Below are positions 47,016-56,452 of a stretch of 64,000 bases of DNA, piece after piece. Both the position numbers and the translations under genes were made by a program. The notes beneath the pieces were generated by a model that saw nothing but the letters and a program-made list of their open reading frames with translations, ran no database searches and was not told where the DNA came from. Within the stretch, counting starts at the first letter, position 1; each line of letters starts with the position of its first letter. The DNA is from Candidatus Omnitrophota bacterium (lineage in GTDB: Bacteria > Omnitrophota > Gorgyraeia > Gygaellales > Profunditerraquicolaceae), in the NCBI GenBank assembly GCA_043800555.1, contig JAZDMX010000021.1:29905-93904 (forward strand), given 5' to 3'.

Positions 47016-47798
47016 CTACCTACCCGGGATTATGATCTCTTGGGCTAAAACAGCGGGATTATGGTAGCGCTTCTTTTTTAAAGTCGAGTTCTTATACTGG
47101 ATCGCCTCTACCGGGCACCACTGCAGGCAGGCCAGGCAATGCTGGCAATGATCAAGCCATTTAGGTTTTCCCTCAAACGATTCAATATTTATGACCGGGC
47201 AGACCCGGATGCAAAACCCGCATTTTGTGCAGGCATCGGTAATCCAAAAGCCTTTTGCCGAAAGAGGGATCTGCGATGAGCCGGCCCGATAGAGCATCTT
47301 AAAAAGCAAAAGGTTCGGCAAAAACGGTTTCTCCTCAAAGATACCCCTATTTTTCTGAAGCGCCATTTTGGCTATAAACGGAATCTTTAATTTTTCTTTC
47401 TTAAACAGCTCTTCCTGTTTTTCCGCGGGGATTGCCCCAGATAACGGCGTATAGTTCCCGGGCATACGCACGGAAAAACCCGCGGCCAGTTCTATCCCGC
47501 GGTTTCTAAGAATCTCTTTTGCCATGCTATGCGCCCGGCCCGCTAAACCGCCGAAAGTAGCTACCGTGAAAATATAAGCGGACGGCTTTAATTCCAATTT
47601 CTTAAGGAATTCGGCGACGATCAACGGAAGGCCGAACATATAAACAGGAAAAACAACCGCCACAATATCGGATAAATCATCCCGGGCTAACGCCTTAACG
47701 ATGGGAGAGATTATCGCCCCATCCAGCTCCTTAGCCAAATCCCTGGCTACTACCAAAGAATTTCCTGTGGCTGAAAAATAATATATAGCCGCCTTCAT
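47016..47798 (-). CDS. EFR1-family ferredoxin (flavodoxin-like domain fused to a 2x[4Fe-4S] ferredoxin domain)
   Basis: N-terminal flavodoxin fold (MKAAIYYFSATGNSLVVARDLA) and C-terminal CTKCGFCIRVCP ... CQHCLACLQWCP. Confidence 0.65.
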   Translation of the reverse strand: MKAAIYYFSATGNSLVVARDLAKELDGAIISPIVKALARDDLSDIVAVVFPVYMFGLPLIVAEFLKKLELKPSAYIFTVATFGGLAGRAHSMAKEILRNRGIELAAGFSVRMPGNYTPLSGAIPAEKQEELFKKEKLKIPFIAKMALQKNRGIFEEKPFLPNLLLFKMLYRAGSSQIPLSAKGFWITDACTKCGFCIRVCPVINIESFEGKPKWLDHCQHCLACLQWCPVEAIQYKNSTLKKKRYHNPAVLAQEIIIPGR

Positions 47799-47840
47799 AT
47801 AAGCCCCCTGCCGCTAATACTGCCTAATCTACCGTCCCAC

Positions 47841-48971
47841 TCAAGAAGATAACTGCTTAAAAACCGGGTCAAAGTTTTCCGGCTTCAGGAAATAGCTGAT
47901 CAACCCGGAAAGCCGGTTAATCAATTTGTTGCGGTGTTTTATGTATAGATACAGGCGGATAAAATGAAAATCCAGCCTTTTCTTCGGCTCATAGGTAGTC
48001 GCCCCCATTTCATAGCGCTTAATCCCATGGCCGATACACCATTGCATAAGATCGCGAAACCGCACAAAGTATAAGGAATAAATATAAGCTACCGAATAAT
48101 CAAAACCCAGGTAGTAATCAATAAAATAATCTCCCTCTACAAGGCAGAATGCGAACGCCACCATCCTGGCTTCAATCCTCCACAAGAAAAACCTTGTTTT
48201 ATCAGGCATATTCTTAGCGACACTGGAGAAAAAATCCATAGGCAGCTTCTCAAACCCCATCTCCTGCTTATTGTATGTCTGTAAATAAAGCTCGTAGGCC
48301 TGGGCCAATTCTTCGGGCTCCAAAATGTTTTTAACCGTCAGGACTATTTTCGCTTTAGTGTCCGCCTTCTTGAGGTTCCGTTTCAAGTTTTCTCTGGAGC
48401 TCCGGCTCAACCTCTTTAAATACCCGTCGAAATCCTTAAAGTTAACTTCCATATCGGTAGAAGGGAAGCTTTCCAGCCTTAAATAACCATCCCTAATGGC
48501 CGGATTAAGCATATTTTCATAAGAACCGTTAAAGTCTTTATACATAATCAACCTGGCTTTTTGTTCTTTAGCTAACCTTTCCAATGCCCCGGAAATCTCA
48601 TTCATTACCCGCCCGGTATCTCCGATAACCCCTATCCTTCCTTCTCCCATCGGCAAACCGCAAATTAATGTCTTGGGATTGAATACCTGCGGGGCGATTC
48701 TTTCGATAAGGCCCAGGAGCCTCTTTAAGGGCCCCTTGACAGCGATACTAAGCGGGAAATTTGTAATAAAACAAGAGGTAGCTCCTACCGGCAGGCCACT
48801 TTCATATACGAGGATATAAAAGAAATCAAACTGGTCGAACGATGATTCATCGAGAGACTTAAAAAAATGGTAATTCTCCAAGGCTTTCGGGAAAACGCTT
48901 TTCCAGTCTTTTTCCGGAAACTTGGCTATTTTATCCACTACCTTGACTATGAACTTTGATGCCGTATCCAT
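47841..48971 (-). CDS. FemAB-like / BioF2-like (Acetyltransf_6) GNAT-fold acyltransferase
   Basis: About 376 aa from MDTASKF; C-terminal RFFLWRIEARMVAFAFCLVEGDYFIDYYLGFDYSVAYIYSLY..GIKRYEMG is typical of the BioF2-like/FemAB-related family. Confidence 0.45.
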   Translation of the reverse strand: MDTASKFIVKVVDKIAKFPEKDWKSVFPKALENYHFFKSLDESSFDQFDFFYILVYESGLPVGATSCFITNFPLSIAVKGPLKRLLGLIERIAPQVFNPKTLICGLPMGEGRIGVIGDTGRVMNEISGALERLAKEQKARLIMYKDFNGSYENMLNPAIRDGYLRLESFPSTDMEVNFKDFDGYLKRLSRSSRENLKRNLKKADTKAKIVLTVKNILEPEELAQAYELYLQTYNKQEMGFEKLPMDFFSSVAKNMPDKTRFFLWRIEARMVAFAFCLVEGDYFIDYYLGFDYSVAYIYSLYFVRFRDLMQWCIGHGIKRYEMGATTYEPKKRLDFHFIRLYLYIKHRNKLINRLSGLISYFLKPENFDPVFKQLSS

Positions 48972-48973
48972 AG

Positions 48974-49354
48974 CTATCCAAGCGCTACTAATATAATCCC
49001 GAAAACAACAAACATAATACCGGCCCAGCGCCACTTGCCGACTTTTTCTCTCAAAAATATGACCGAGGCTGCTGCAATCAGGACATAACGCATACTATCC
49101 AATGAAAAGGCTAAATTAAGGTCGGCCTTTGTTAGAACAATCAGCCAAAAAACCAAAGAAAACCCGCTCAAGACGAAACCAAGCCACACGCGCGGCAGCC
49201 TGAGCAATTTGCCTGTTAAACGCAACGCCTTCATTATGCTGTTAACATGCCAATTCAGGGAATTGATGGACGACTTGAGTATCAACTGGCTGATAGTGTC
49301 GCAAAGATCGGTAATGGCAATCAAACCGATAACGATAAAAATATGCTCCTTCAT
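48974..49354 (-). CDS. small EamA/SMR-like 4-TM transporter subunit (ArnE/ArnF-like), pair member 2
   Basis: 126 aa, 4 TM; paralogous to the upstream gene with a 4-nt ATGA overlap. Confidence 0.45.
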   Translation of the reverse strand: MKEHIFIVIGLIAITDLCDTISQLILKSSINSLNWHVNSIMKALRLTGKLLRLPRVWLGFVLSGFSLVFWLIVLTKADLNLAFSLDSMRYVLIAAASVIFLREKVGKWRWAGIMFVVFGIILVALG

Positions 49355-49785
49355 GCCCTCTCTTGGTTATGATTTGTAGTTACCGAAACAAATATTACCC
49401 CTAAGATTATAAATACTATCCCCAGCCAACGGATGGAAGATACCTTCTCGTGGAGGAAAACACTCGAAACTAAAGGGACTAAAATATAGCTGAAGCTTGC
49501 TACCGGCACTGCCACGCTCAAATCAATCTTAGAAAGAATTGTCGACCATATTATAAATATTAAGAAAACAGACAATAATCCCAGCCATAAGAATGGCGAT
49601 AAAACGGCGGCCTTCAGGAACATCGCGCCCTGGATAAAGGTAGCGATTTCCGGGAACCCCCGGGAACTGGCGCTCCTCTTGAAACAAAACTGCGCGAGTG
49701 TTTCCAATATATCGGTGGAAACAAGAAATAGCAGTATTTTAAGCGTAAGGCGTCTTTTCGCGGTCATATTCTTCGGGCATATCAA
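49351..49785 (-). CDS. small EamA/SMR-like 4-TM transporter subunit (ArnE/ArnF-like), pair member 1 (start possibly at MTAKRR, 49767)
   Basis: 144 aa, 4 TM; DLSVAVPVASFSYILVPLVS is an EamA-type motif. Confidence 0.45.
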   Translation of the reverse strand: MICPKNMTAKRRLTLKILLFLVSTDILETLAQFCFKRSASSRGFPEIATFIQGAMFLKAAVLSPFLWLGLLSVFLIFIIWSTILSKIDLSVAVPVASFSYILVPLVSSVFLHEKVSSIRWLGIVFIILGVIFVSVTTNHNQERA

Positions 49786-50067
49786 AAAGAGCCTTGATCT
49801 AATTAGTAACCAAGGCCATTTTCATTCCTATAATCTAATTGCTAATGATTATAGTTTAATTAATGTAGAATAACAAGTAAATTCCGCCTATTGTTATGCT
49901 TACTATATTAGAGGTAAAATCGTAGGGTCTCCCCGGGAATTTAGTAAAAAAGTGAAAACAACGCGAACGGAATGGTTTTATTCCCGCGGATATTAATTGC
50001 AATCAGAAAAGCATAAACCAAAATATATTATGATTTCTTTAAATATTAATCCGGCAGGGTAAAGCAA

Positions 50068-50220
50068 TCAGAAGCAAAAGATAATAATGTTAGCGAAGAA
50101 ATAAAGAAAGGCGATAAACAATTCTTTCGGGCTTCCCGAATGGGACATTCTCAACAGGCCTGCGGCCATAAGCAGTAATGAACCTATGACCGCTACGATT
50201 TGATATGCCTGCAACTTCAT
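50068..50220 (-). CDS. possible small membrane protein (50 aa)
   Basis: MKLQAYQIVAVIGSLLLMAAGLLRMSH.. starts immediately after the helicase stop. The longer track ORF upstream of this Met overlaps the helicase tail and is rejected. Confidence 0.2.
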   Translation of the reverse strand: MKLQAYQIVAVIGSLLLMAAGLLRMSHSGSPKELFIAFLYFFANIIIFCF

Positions 50221-50221
50221 C

Positions 50222-51505
50222 CTACCTGCTCCTCCCGCGGAAGAATTTAGGACGCCCGGCATTGCGATGAGGCTGTTTAGACCTGCCCTGGTAAGAAGAC
50301 CTGCCCTGGTAAGAAGATTTACCGGATTCAATAAATTGTTCATGTGGAACATCGGGGTGTTTCGATATGGGCAGAGTAGACCGGATAATCTTTTCTATAT
50401 CGCGGACATCGTTGCTCTGATCAGGCGTAGCGAAAGAAACCGCGTTCCCCTTTTGCCCTGCCCTGGCTGTGCGCCCGATACGATGCACGTAATTCTCCGC
50501 GTCTTCCGGAAGGTCATAATTAACGACCAGTTCTATGCCGGTAACGTCAATGCCCCTGGAAGCGATATCCGTAGCGACAAGGACCTTATACCTTCCGGAT
50601 TTAAAACCGTCTAAAGCCTCCCTCCTCTGGCTTAAAGAGCGGTTAGAGTGGATTTCGGCGGCGCTATAACCTAAGTCCTTAATCGAACGCGTTATTTTCC
50701 TCGCGTTAAATTTGGTGCGGGAAAATAAAAGGACCGCGCCCTTATATTGCGCAAGCAACTTGCTCAAAAGGCGCAATTTTGCTTCTTTTTTCACGATAAA
50801 TAATTCCTGGGTAACGAATTCCGCGGTTGTCCCGGAAGGAGCGATTTCTACGGAAACCGGAAGCTTCATATACTTAGCGGCTATTTCCATAATCTCCTTG
50901 GGGATAGTCGCTGAAAATAACATGGTTTGGCGCGACTGCGGCAAAAAACGCAAAATTTTATTAATCTGCGGGGCAAACCCCATATCCAACATACGGTCTG
51001 CCTCATCCAGCACAAGCATAACTACCTGCTCCGGGAGAAAATTCCATTGCCCCATATGGTCAATGAGCCTTCCGGGAGTGGCAATCACTATCCGGGGGTT
51101 CTTGCGTAAGGCCACAACCTGGGCATGCATAGGCGCTCCACCGATAAGACAAGCAGTCTTCATGCCAAAGGAACGGGCTATCTCCTGAAAAGCCTCGTCA
51201 ATTTGTATGGCAAGCTCGCGGGTAGGCGCAAGAACCAAGCCGATGCCTTTTTTCTGCGCCAGAAGCTGGGCCATGGGGATAGCAAACGAATGCGTCTTAC
51301 CGGTCCCTGTCTGCGCTACGCCGATAATATCTTTTCCCTGTATTGCCAAAGGAATGGCTTTTATCTGTATCGGCGTAGGAGTTTTAAACTTTATACGCTC
51401 CAGAATATCCAGGATCTTCGGAGCAATGCCTAATCCGTAAAAGCTTTCGGAGGAATTCTTATTTTCTACAGGCTCATTTTTATTCAACATTTTATTATTC
51501 ATCAA
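50222..51505 (-). CDS. DEAD-box ATP-dependent RNA helicase (RhlE/CsdA-like)
   Basis: Q-motif, AQTGTGKT, DEAD, SAT and HRIGRTARAG motifs; Arg/Ser/Tyr-rich C-terminal tail with a GRSSYQGRSSYQGRS repeat. Confidence 0.9.
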   Translation of the reverse strand: MMNNKMLNKNEPVENKNSSESFYGLGIAPKILDILERIKFKTPTPIQIKAIPLAIQGKDIIGVAQTGTGKTHSFAIPMAQLLAQKKGIGLVLAPTRELAIQIDEAFQEIARSFGMKTACLIGGAPMHAQVVALRKNPRIVIATPGRLIDHMGQWNFLPEQVVMLVLDEADRMLDMGFAPQINKILRFLPQSRQTMLFSATIPKEIMEIAAKYMKLPVSVEIAPSGTTAEFVTQELFIVKKEAKLRLLSKLLAQYKGAVLLFSRTKFNARKITRSIKDLGYSAAEIHSNRSLSQRREALDGFKSGRYKVLVATDIASRGIDVTGIELVVNYDLPEDAENYVHRIGRTARAGQKGNAVSFATPDQSNDVRDIEKIIRSTLPISKHPDVPHEQFIESGKSSYQGRSSYQGRSKQPHRNAGRPKFFRGRSR

Positions 51506-51886
51506 TCCTTGTGCGCTGCCCTTTTATAATCATCGCTGGCCTGGCCAAGATGGACATGGCAATATGCCTCATGATTATAGATACTAAGTATATGCTTACA
51601 GTGGGGAAATCTGCATTTTCTTCCCTTAAGCGAAGTCTTGATCTTTTTCATAATATCTTGATTACGCCTTCTTTATCCCGGGACAAAAAAACCGTAAAGG
51701 TTAGTAGTCTCCCCCTCTACGGCTTAAGATTATCTAATCCTTGCAATACTGCATTAGTATACCACATTCCTGGCTTTATGCAACTATATCTTCGCCGGCC
51801 AATGGGGATAGCGGCTTCCGGCCGTAAACTGTTTGTTTTATCAAGAAATCCCCCGGCATGGCGCTACTGCCGACAAAAATCATCTC

Positions 51887-52642
51887 CTAATGTTTATTAA
51901 GGCTTTTCTCGATACGCTTGTAATCATCAATTTCGCAATGCAATTGCCGGTTAATTATTTCTAGAGCGCAAGATGCAGTTTCCATCTGGATCCTTTTCTT
52001 TTGGATAAGGTAAAGAATATAACCGGAGGTCAAAAACAAGAGTAAAAATAATCCTACCAGAACGGATATATCTCTTAAATTCCTGTATATCGGCCCGGTA
52101 AGCGCGCTAAGGCTTTCTGTTACGACGACAGAATATCCCCCTAAGCGCGCGAAAGCAAATAACTTCATTTCTTTGCCCGCCTCATTGCCTTTTGCGGGGA
52201 ATACTAGAATAGCCTTCCCTGAACTGTTAGAATCCATACTGTCCACAAACGCATTTAACCGGGAATACTCCTGCGCGTTCAACTCCTCTTTACCCACCTC
52301 AAGGATATTCTTGCCTACGCGCCTTTTAACCGGGTCCGCAAGAATGACATGCTTATCATTCATAACAAAGGTGGCAAATTCTTCTTCGTCGTTTATATGC
52401 TGTATCAGCTTATCTATATACCGGGGTTCCTGGTTAATCGCAATGACCCCGCTTTCAATATCCTGACTGACTGACTTGGCGATAATCAAAAGCTCGCGCA
52501 ACTCCGCCTTAATGACAGAACGCTCAAAATCACGATGGTTAACCCATCCTAACGCCAGGATAATGCCCCCCAGCAAGATAAACAAAGAAAATAATAAAAT
52601 GTTTCTTTGCCTCGGGGTATATCTAATTGATATTTTCATCAT
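51887..52642 (-). CDS. membrane-anchored periplasmic sensor-domain protein with no kinase module
   Basis: TM1, an extracytoplasmic domain of about 150 aa, TM2 and a short coiled-coil tail; no HisKA/HATPase. Followed by a terminator-like hairpin. Confidence 0.45.
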   Translation of the reverse strand: MMKISIRYTPRQRNILLFSLFILLGGIILALGWVNHRDFERSVIKAELRELLIIAKSVSQDIESGVIAINQEPRYIDKLIQHINDEEEFATFVMNDKHVILADPVKRRVGKNILEVGKEELNAQEYSRLNAFVDSMDSNSSGKAILVFPAKGNEAGKEMKLFAFARLGGYSVVVTESLSALTGPIYRNLRDISVLVGLFLLLFLTSGYILYLIQKKRIQMETASCALEIINRQLHCEIDDYKRIEKSLNKH

Positions 52643-52672
52643 TTTGCTTACCTCTCTCCGGCGTAAATATAT

Positions 52673-53059
52673 TTATTTGGCGTAAAAAAGGCTATAGCAT
52701 AAAACTGCAAGCACAATACAAGTTATAATAACATACGGCTTGTCCTTTTGGCGCAGGAAAATAAATATAGAAAGCGCCACCCTTGCCACAGGAGTTGCGA
52801 TTAACGCCAAAACCCCGAGTTGGATTAAGCCTCTTCCGTGGAAAGAAAACGCGTATTTTATAATCCCCCGCACATGGCGTAACTCTGCGGGTTCTGCCTG
52901 AAAGGTCCTATAATCAGGCAAGGCCAGCCCCCGGCGGAATAAATAAATTATCCCTCCCAGGATAATCAATGAAGCCGCGGCAATAACGCCTGCCCTTAAG
53001 AAATTACCTATAAATTCCTCCACTTTGAGGCCTTGCCGTAACTGCGCTTGCTTAAGCAT
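52673..53059 (-). CDS. DUF1634 family membrane protein
   Basis: 128 aa, 3-4 TM; the conserved pairing with the TauE/SafE gene supports the call. Confidence 0.55.
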   Translation of the reverse strand: MLKQAQLRQGLKVEEFIGNFLRAGVIAAASLIILGGIIYLFRRGLALPDYRTFQAEPAELRHVRGIIKYAFSFHGRGLIQLGVLALIATPVARVALSIFIFLRQKDKPYVIITCIVLAVLCYSLFYAK

Positions 53060-53060
53060 C

Positions 53061-53897
53061 CTAGATACTCCTGGTTAACCCGGAATATATCATTTCTAAT
53101 GCCAATAATAAAATAATCGCTCCGAAAATTATGCGGAGTTTTTTATCCTGGGCGCCAAAAAGATACCGTGAGCCCAGGATAGAACCCGATAAAACCCCTA
53201 ATACAACCGGCATGACCAATACGGGGTCAACATACCCGCGGTTCAGGTATACGCCGGCGCCGGCGGCAGCAGTAACTCCGATCATAAAGTTACTAGTTGC
53301 GGTAGAGACCTTAAAAGGGATACGCATCGCTTGATCCATAGCAATCACCTTAAACGCTCCTGAGCCGATCCCCAATAGGCCCGAGGCGCTTCCGGCTAAA
53401 AACATAAGGCAGAACCCCACCGGCACGCCTTGCACATGGTAATATTCCAATCCCCCGGCGACCGGATATGCCCCATCCAGTTTTAACCGGGCAGCTAAAG
53501 AATCTGACTTATGCGCCAAAGACGACTGGCCTATACGCTTGAACGTCAAATAAGAAGAATATATGAGTATGGCCCCGAAAATTACTACGATAACAGAATC
53601 GGATAGTTTTGTGGCAATGTAGGCACCCAGAAGCGCTCCCAGGGTAGTCGCGACTTCCAAAAACATCCCTATCCTTATATTAGTAAAACCTTCTTTAACA
53701 TAGGCGCAAGCCGCTCCCGAAGAAGTAGCTATTACGGAAATCAAAGAAGCGCCGATAGCGTATTTAATATCTACGCCGAATACCAAAGTCAATAACGGCA
53801 CAATAATAACTCCCCCGCCTAAGCCCACCAATGAACCCAGGAACCCCGCGGCCAAAGAAGCCAGGCCGACCAGCATTGAAAATGTTAGGATATCCAT
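53061..53897 (-). CDS. TauE/SafE (TSUP, DUF81) family anion exporter
   Basis: Gly-rich TM repeats LGLGGGVIIVPLL ... ; 278 aa. Confidence 0.75.
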   Translation of the reverse strand: MDILTFSMLVGLASLAAGFLGSLVGLGGGVIIVPLLTLVFGVDIKYAIGASLISVIATSSGAACAYVKEGFTNIRIGMFLEVATTLGALLGAYIATKLSDSVIVVIFGAILIYSSYLTFKRIGQSSLAHKSDSLAARLKLDGAYPVAGGLEYYHVQGVPVGFCLMFLAGSASGLLGIGSGAFKVIAMDQAMRIPFKVSTATSNFMIGVTAAAGAGVYLNRGYVDPVLVMPVVLGVLSGSILGSRYLFGAQDKKLRIIFGAIILLLALEMIYSGLTRSI

Positions 53898-54406
53898 AAT
53901 TTGTTCATCCGGATAAAAGCTGCTAAAAATAATAAAAGGTTTCCTGGGGATTTATGGCTGCCGGTAAACCGCTATAAGGACACCCCGGGTTGTTTCTCCC
54001 GCAGATCCTTTGCGCCTTTAACCGGGATAAATAAAGGGCGCAAGGCTATCTTTTTGATCCGGGATGCCCTGTTAAAAACCTTCCAATCCCTCTAAGCCAA
54101 ACGCAAAAATTAATCGGCTTAAAAGGTATAAACCGTAAGCGATCAATTCCAGAGATTAAGAGAGCAAAACATCGACAAAACAACTTTTTACTATAGTCAA
54201 ATGTCCGCTCCTCTTGGTTTCATAATATGGCAGGATACGAATTTTGTCAAAGGCTTTAAACGGGCGTCGTCGGATGTTTGCGCTCAAAACGCTCAAAGAG
54301 CCATCCGTAATAACGCTTTAGCAAGCCAGAAAACAAAAGGCTACTGGCGCCCCTACGGCCAATAGCCCGCAAACCCCTGCTCCGGCAGAATAGACTATCC
54401 CTTCCT

Positions 54407-54814
54407 TTAATCCCCGGTTTCCCGCACGCTAGCCCTCAGGGACTTTTTTATGGCTCGGCGCCGCTTTAACTCTAGAATCTTCAATTTTGCCCGGCGAGAC
54501 CTCTTTCGTTTCTGCCGGCGTATTTTCTCAACACGCTTTTGCTCTTCAGAAATCTTTCCCAAGATTTCGCGCTCAATCTTATTAAGCAACAGTTGCCGGG
54601 CACGATACCGGTTCCGGGCTTGATAGCGCTCCTGCTGGCATTTAACTTCAACTCCCGTAGGCAGATGGCGCAGGTACACGCAGGTGGAAACTTTATTAAC
54701 ATTCTGGCCTCCGGGCCCTTGCGCGCGGATAAACTTCTCAACGATGTCCTCTTCGCGCACTCCCAAACAAGCCATCTTCTCCCGTAATGATTTTTCTTTC
54801 TCTATCCCGGCCAC
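54407..54814 (-). CDS. arfB: alternative ribosome-rescue factor ArfB (peptidyl-tRNA hydrolase, GGQ domain)
   Basis: 135 aa; GPGGQNVNKVST GGQ motif plus a basic C-terminal tail RRQKRKRSRRAKLKILELKRRR. Confidence 0.7.
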   Translation of the reverse strand: MAGIEKEKSLREKMACLGVREEDIVEKFIRAQGPGGQNVNKVSTCVYLRHLPTGVEVKCQQERYQARNRYRARQLLLNKIEREILGKISEEQKRVEKIRRQKRKRSRRAKLKILELKRRRAIKKSLRASVRETGD

Positions 54815-54835
54815 TAAATTAGCCTTACCGTAGTT

Positions 54836-55606
54836 TTAGCTACTTCTTTTATAACCATCCGTATTCCTTCGGGCCTTGGCTTGGCTGCGCCGGCCGTTAT
54901 TCCCTGTTCCAGGCCTGGACAAATGGCTAAACTCGGATTTTCGCATCCGCCCGCTGCTTTCACTAAAAGGCTTGGCATCTCCTGCCGGGCCCTCCCAAGA
55001 TTTAATACCGCTACCGGATTTACCCCAGGGCTTAAACTCTGTCCTGGTTTTCTTCCAAGCCCGGGCATCTGACTCAACCTTCCGCCGGGGTTTTGGCTGA
55101 TCCTTTCTTTTAAGCCAACGCATAGGATTATCCCGGAAATCCTTGCGGGGTTTGGCCTCTTGAGGCATTCCGGTTAATCCTTTACGTTTCATATAGCTAT
55201 TCGTGCGCCTACCGCCCTTATATGTGCCGGGTTTCCTGGAAACCGGGGTAAACCAAGCCTTATCCGGAACTATCTCTTTCTTAAGGCGCTGCTTTTGGGT
55301 GAGCGCCTTAATTTCTAATTGCTTGCTTAGTTTTAATTTCCGAGCGGCTTCTGCTTCTTCTTTAGAGCGCGCGGCGTTTACATCAATAGCCCGCCCCATA
55401 AATTCCTTGCCGTTAAGCGCGGCTATCGCAGCACTCGCCTCTTCGTCATCAGGCATTTCCACAAAACCAAACCCTCGGGACTTAGGCGCTTTTTTTTGCC
55501 TCTCCATCACAATCATCGCAGAAAGAACGCTGCCAAAACCCTCAAAGAGTTTCCTTACGTCGGCATCAGTTGCCTGAAACGGTAAATTTCCCACAAAGAT
55601 ATTCAT
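54836..55606 (-). CDS. RRM (RNP-1) RNA-binding protein with a long basic C-terminal extension
   Basis: Start at MNIFVGNLPF; RNP-2 IFVGNL and RNP-1 RGFGFVEM motifs, then a K/R-rich disordered tail of about 180 aa. Confidence 0.65.
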   Translation of the reverse strand: MNIFVGNLPFQATDADVRKLFEGFGSVLSAMIVMERQKKAPKSRGFGFVEMPDDEEASAAIAALNGKEFMGRAIDVNAARSKEEAEAARKLKLSKQLEIKALTQKQRLKKEIVPDKAWFTPVSRKPGTYKGGRRTNSYMKRKGLTGMPQEAKPRKDFRDNPMRWLKRKDQPKPRRKVESDARAWKKTRTEFKPWGKSGSGIKSWEGPAGDAKPFSESSGRMRKSEFSHLSRPGTGNNGRRSQAKARRNTDGYKRSS

Positions 55607-55607
55607 C

Positions 55608-55973
55608 TCAACTTGTTCTTTTCCTTCTCTTTGATTTTTTTCTGGACTTAACCTCCAGGCATAAGACATCCGCTAAAGGAGATAATTTTCCGCCTTCATA
55701 GGGGAATTCTTTGCAATGGGCCGGCTTCAAATTATAATCTACTTTATGAATGGCGCATAACCCTTTAGAAGTAAGAAAAGAACAGCGTTCATCTTCAACG
55801 CCGGTCCCGACCCTATAACCGGAAGGATAATCATCATCCTTTTCAAGATGGTAGAAATCCCCTCCTTTTAATCCGAGAGACAATATCTTTTTAGCTTCAT
55901 CCAAATCTACCCATACCCCAAAATTGCAACAAGCATGCTGTTGGCTGCAATTTTGGCAATTAACCTTCTCCAT
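55608..55973 (-). CDS. YkgJ family cysteine-cluster protein (UPF0153, putative Fe-S/Zn)
   Basis: CQNCSQQHACC N-terminal cluster plus additional conserved Cys residues; 121 aa. Confidence 0.55.
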   Translation of the reverse strand: MEKVNCQNCSQQHACCNFGVWVDLDEAKKILSLGLKGGDFYHLEKDDDYPSGYRVGTGVEDERCSFLTSKGLCAIHKVDYNLKPAHCKEFPYEGGKLSPLADVLCLEVKSRKKSKRRKRTS

Positions 55974-56117
55974 TTATTCTCCTTCTGGGGCCTGCCCGGC
56001 CTCAGGCGTAACCTCTATTGCTTTTTTATCCAGCTTTCTTTGCTTCTTTTCTTCTGCCTTCTTTTTCCTGGCTAACTCTTTCTGGAACTTTTTGTATGAA
56101 TAGTTATCTCTGGCCAC
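55974..56117 (-). CDS. small Lys-rich basic protein (47 aa; GTG start; not in ORF track)
   Basis: Strong RBS AAGGAGG 5 nt before GTG; the stop abuts the YkgJ start. Sequence MARDNYSYKKFQKELARKKKAEEKKQRKLDKKAIEVTPEAGQAPEGE. Confidence 0.3.
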   Translation of the reverse strand: MARDNYSYKKFQKELARKKKAEEKKQRKLDKKAIEVTPEAGQAPEGE

Positions 56118-56452
56118 AACACCCTCCTTAATCCCGTTTATGATGCTGCCTTAGTTAAATTCTACTTCAAACAAAGGCTTTCTTCAAGCCATTTATGCAA
56201 AAGGCAACGCTACTAAACCTTGCTGATCTTCAATAGCAGCGCATTATATCTCTTGGGTTACCCGCGTTTTTAAGCCTTAGCAACCGCTGCCGGGTAAAAA
56301 TATACTATAACGTCATACTTGGGAAATCGTGCCGCGATATCTTTTTCGAAACTCTCCGCAGACTCCCGCGCCTTATCTTTCCGCCGATGAATATCCATAA
56401 CGCAACCTGGGCGCCTATAATGCTTATTATTCCAAATAAATAGCCGTTATTC

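Noticed and set aside
50068-50352. 94-aa track ORF overlapping the helicase C-terminus (with an LLTRAGLLTRAG repeat)
   Set aside because: Its N-terminal half is an out-of-frame translation of the helicase repeat region. Only the downstream 50-codon portion, from MKLQ after the helicase stop, is retained as a low-confidence gene.
51511-51900. Plus-strand 129-aa ORF filling the helicase/sensor intergenic gap
   Set aside because: It has no RBS and a Cys/Arg-rich improbable composition, and it runs antisense through a terminator hairpin. The region is more plausibly a 5' leader.
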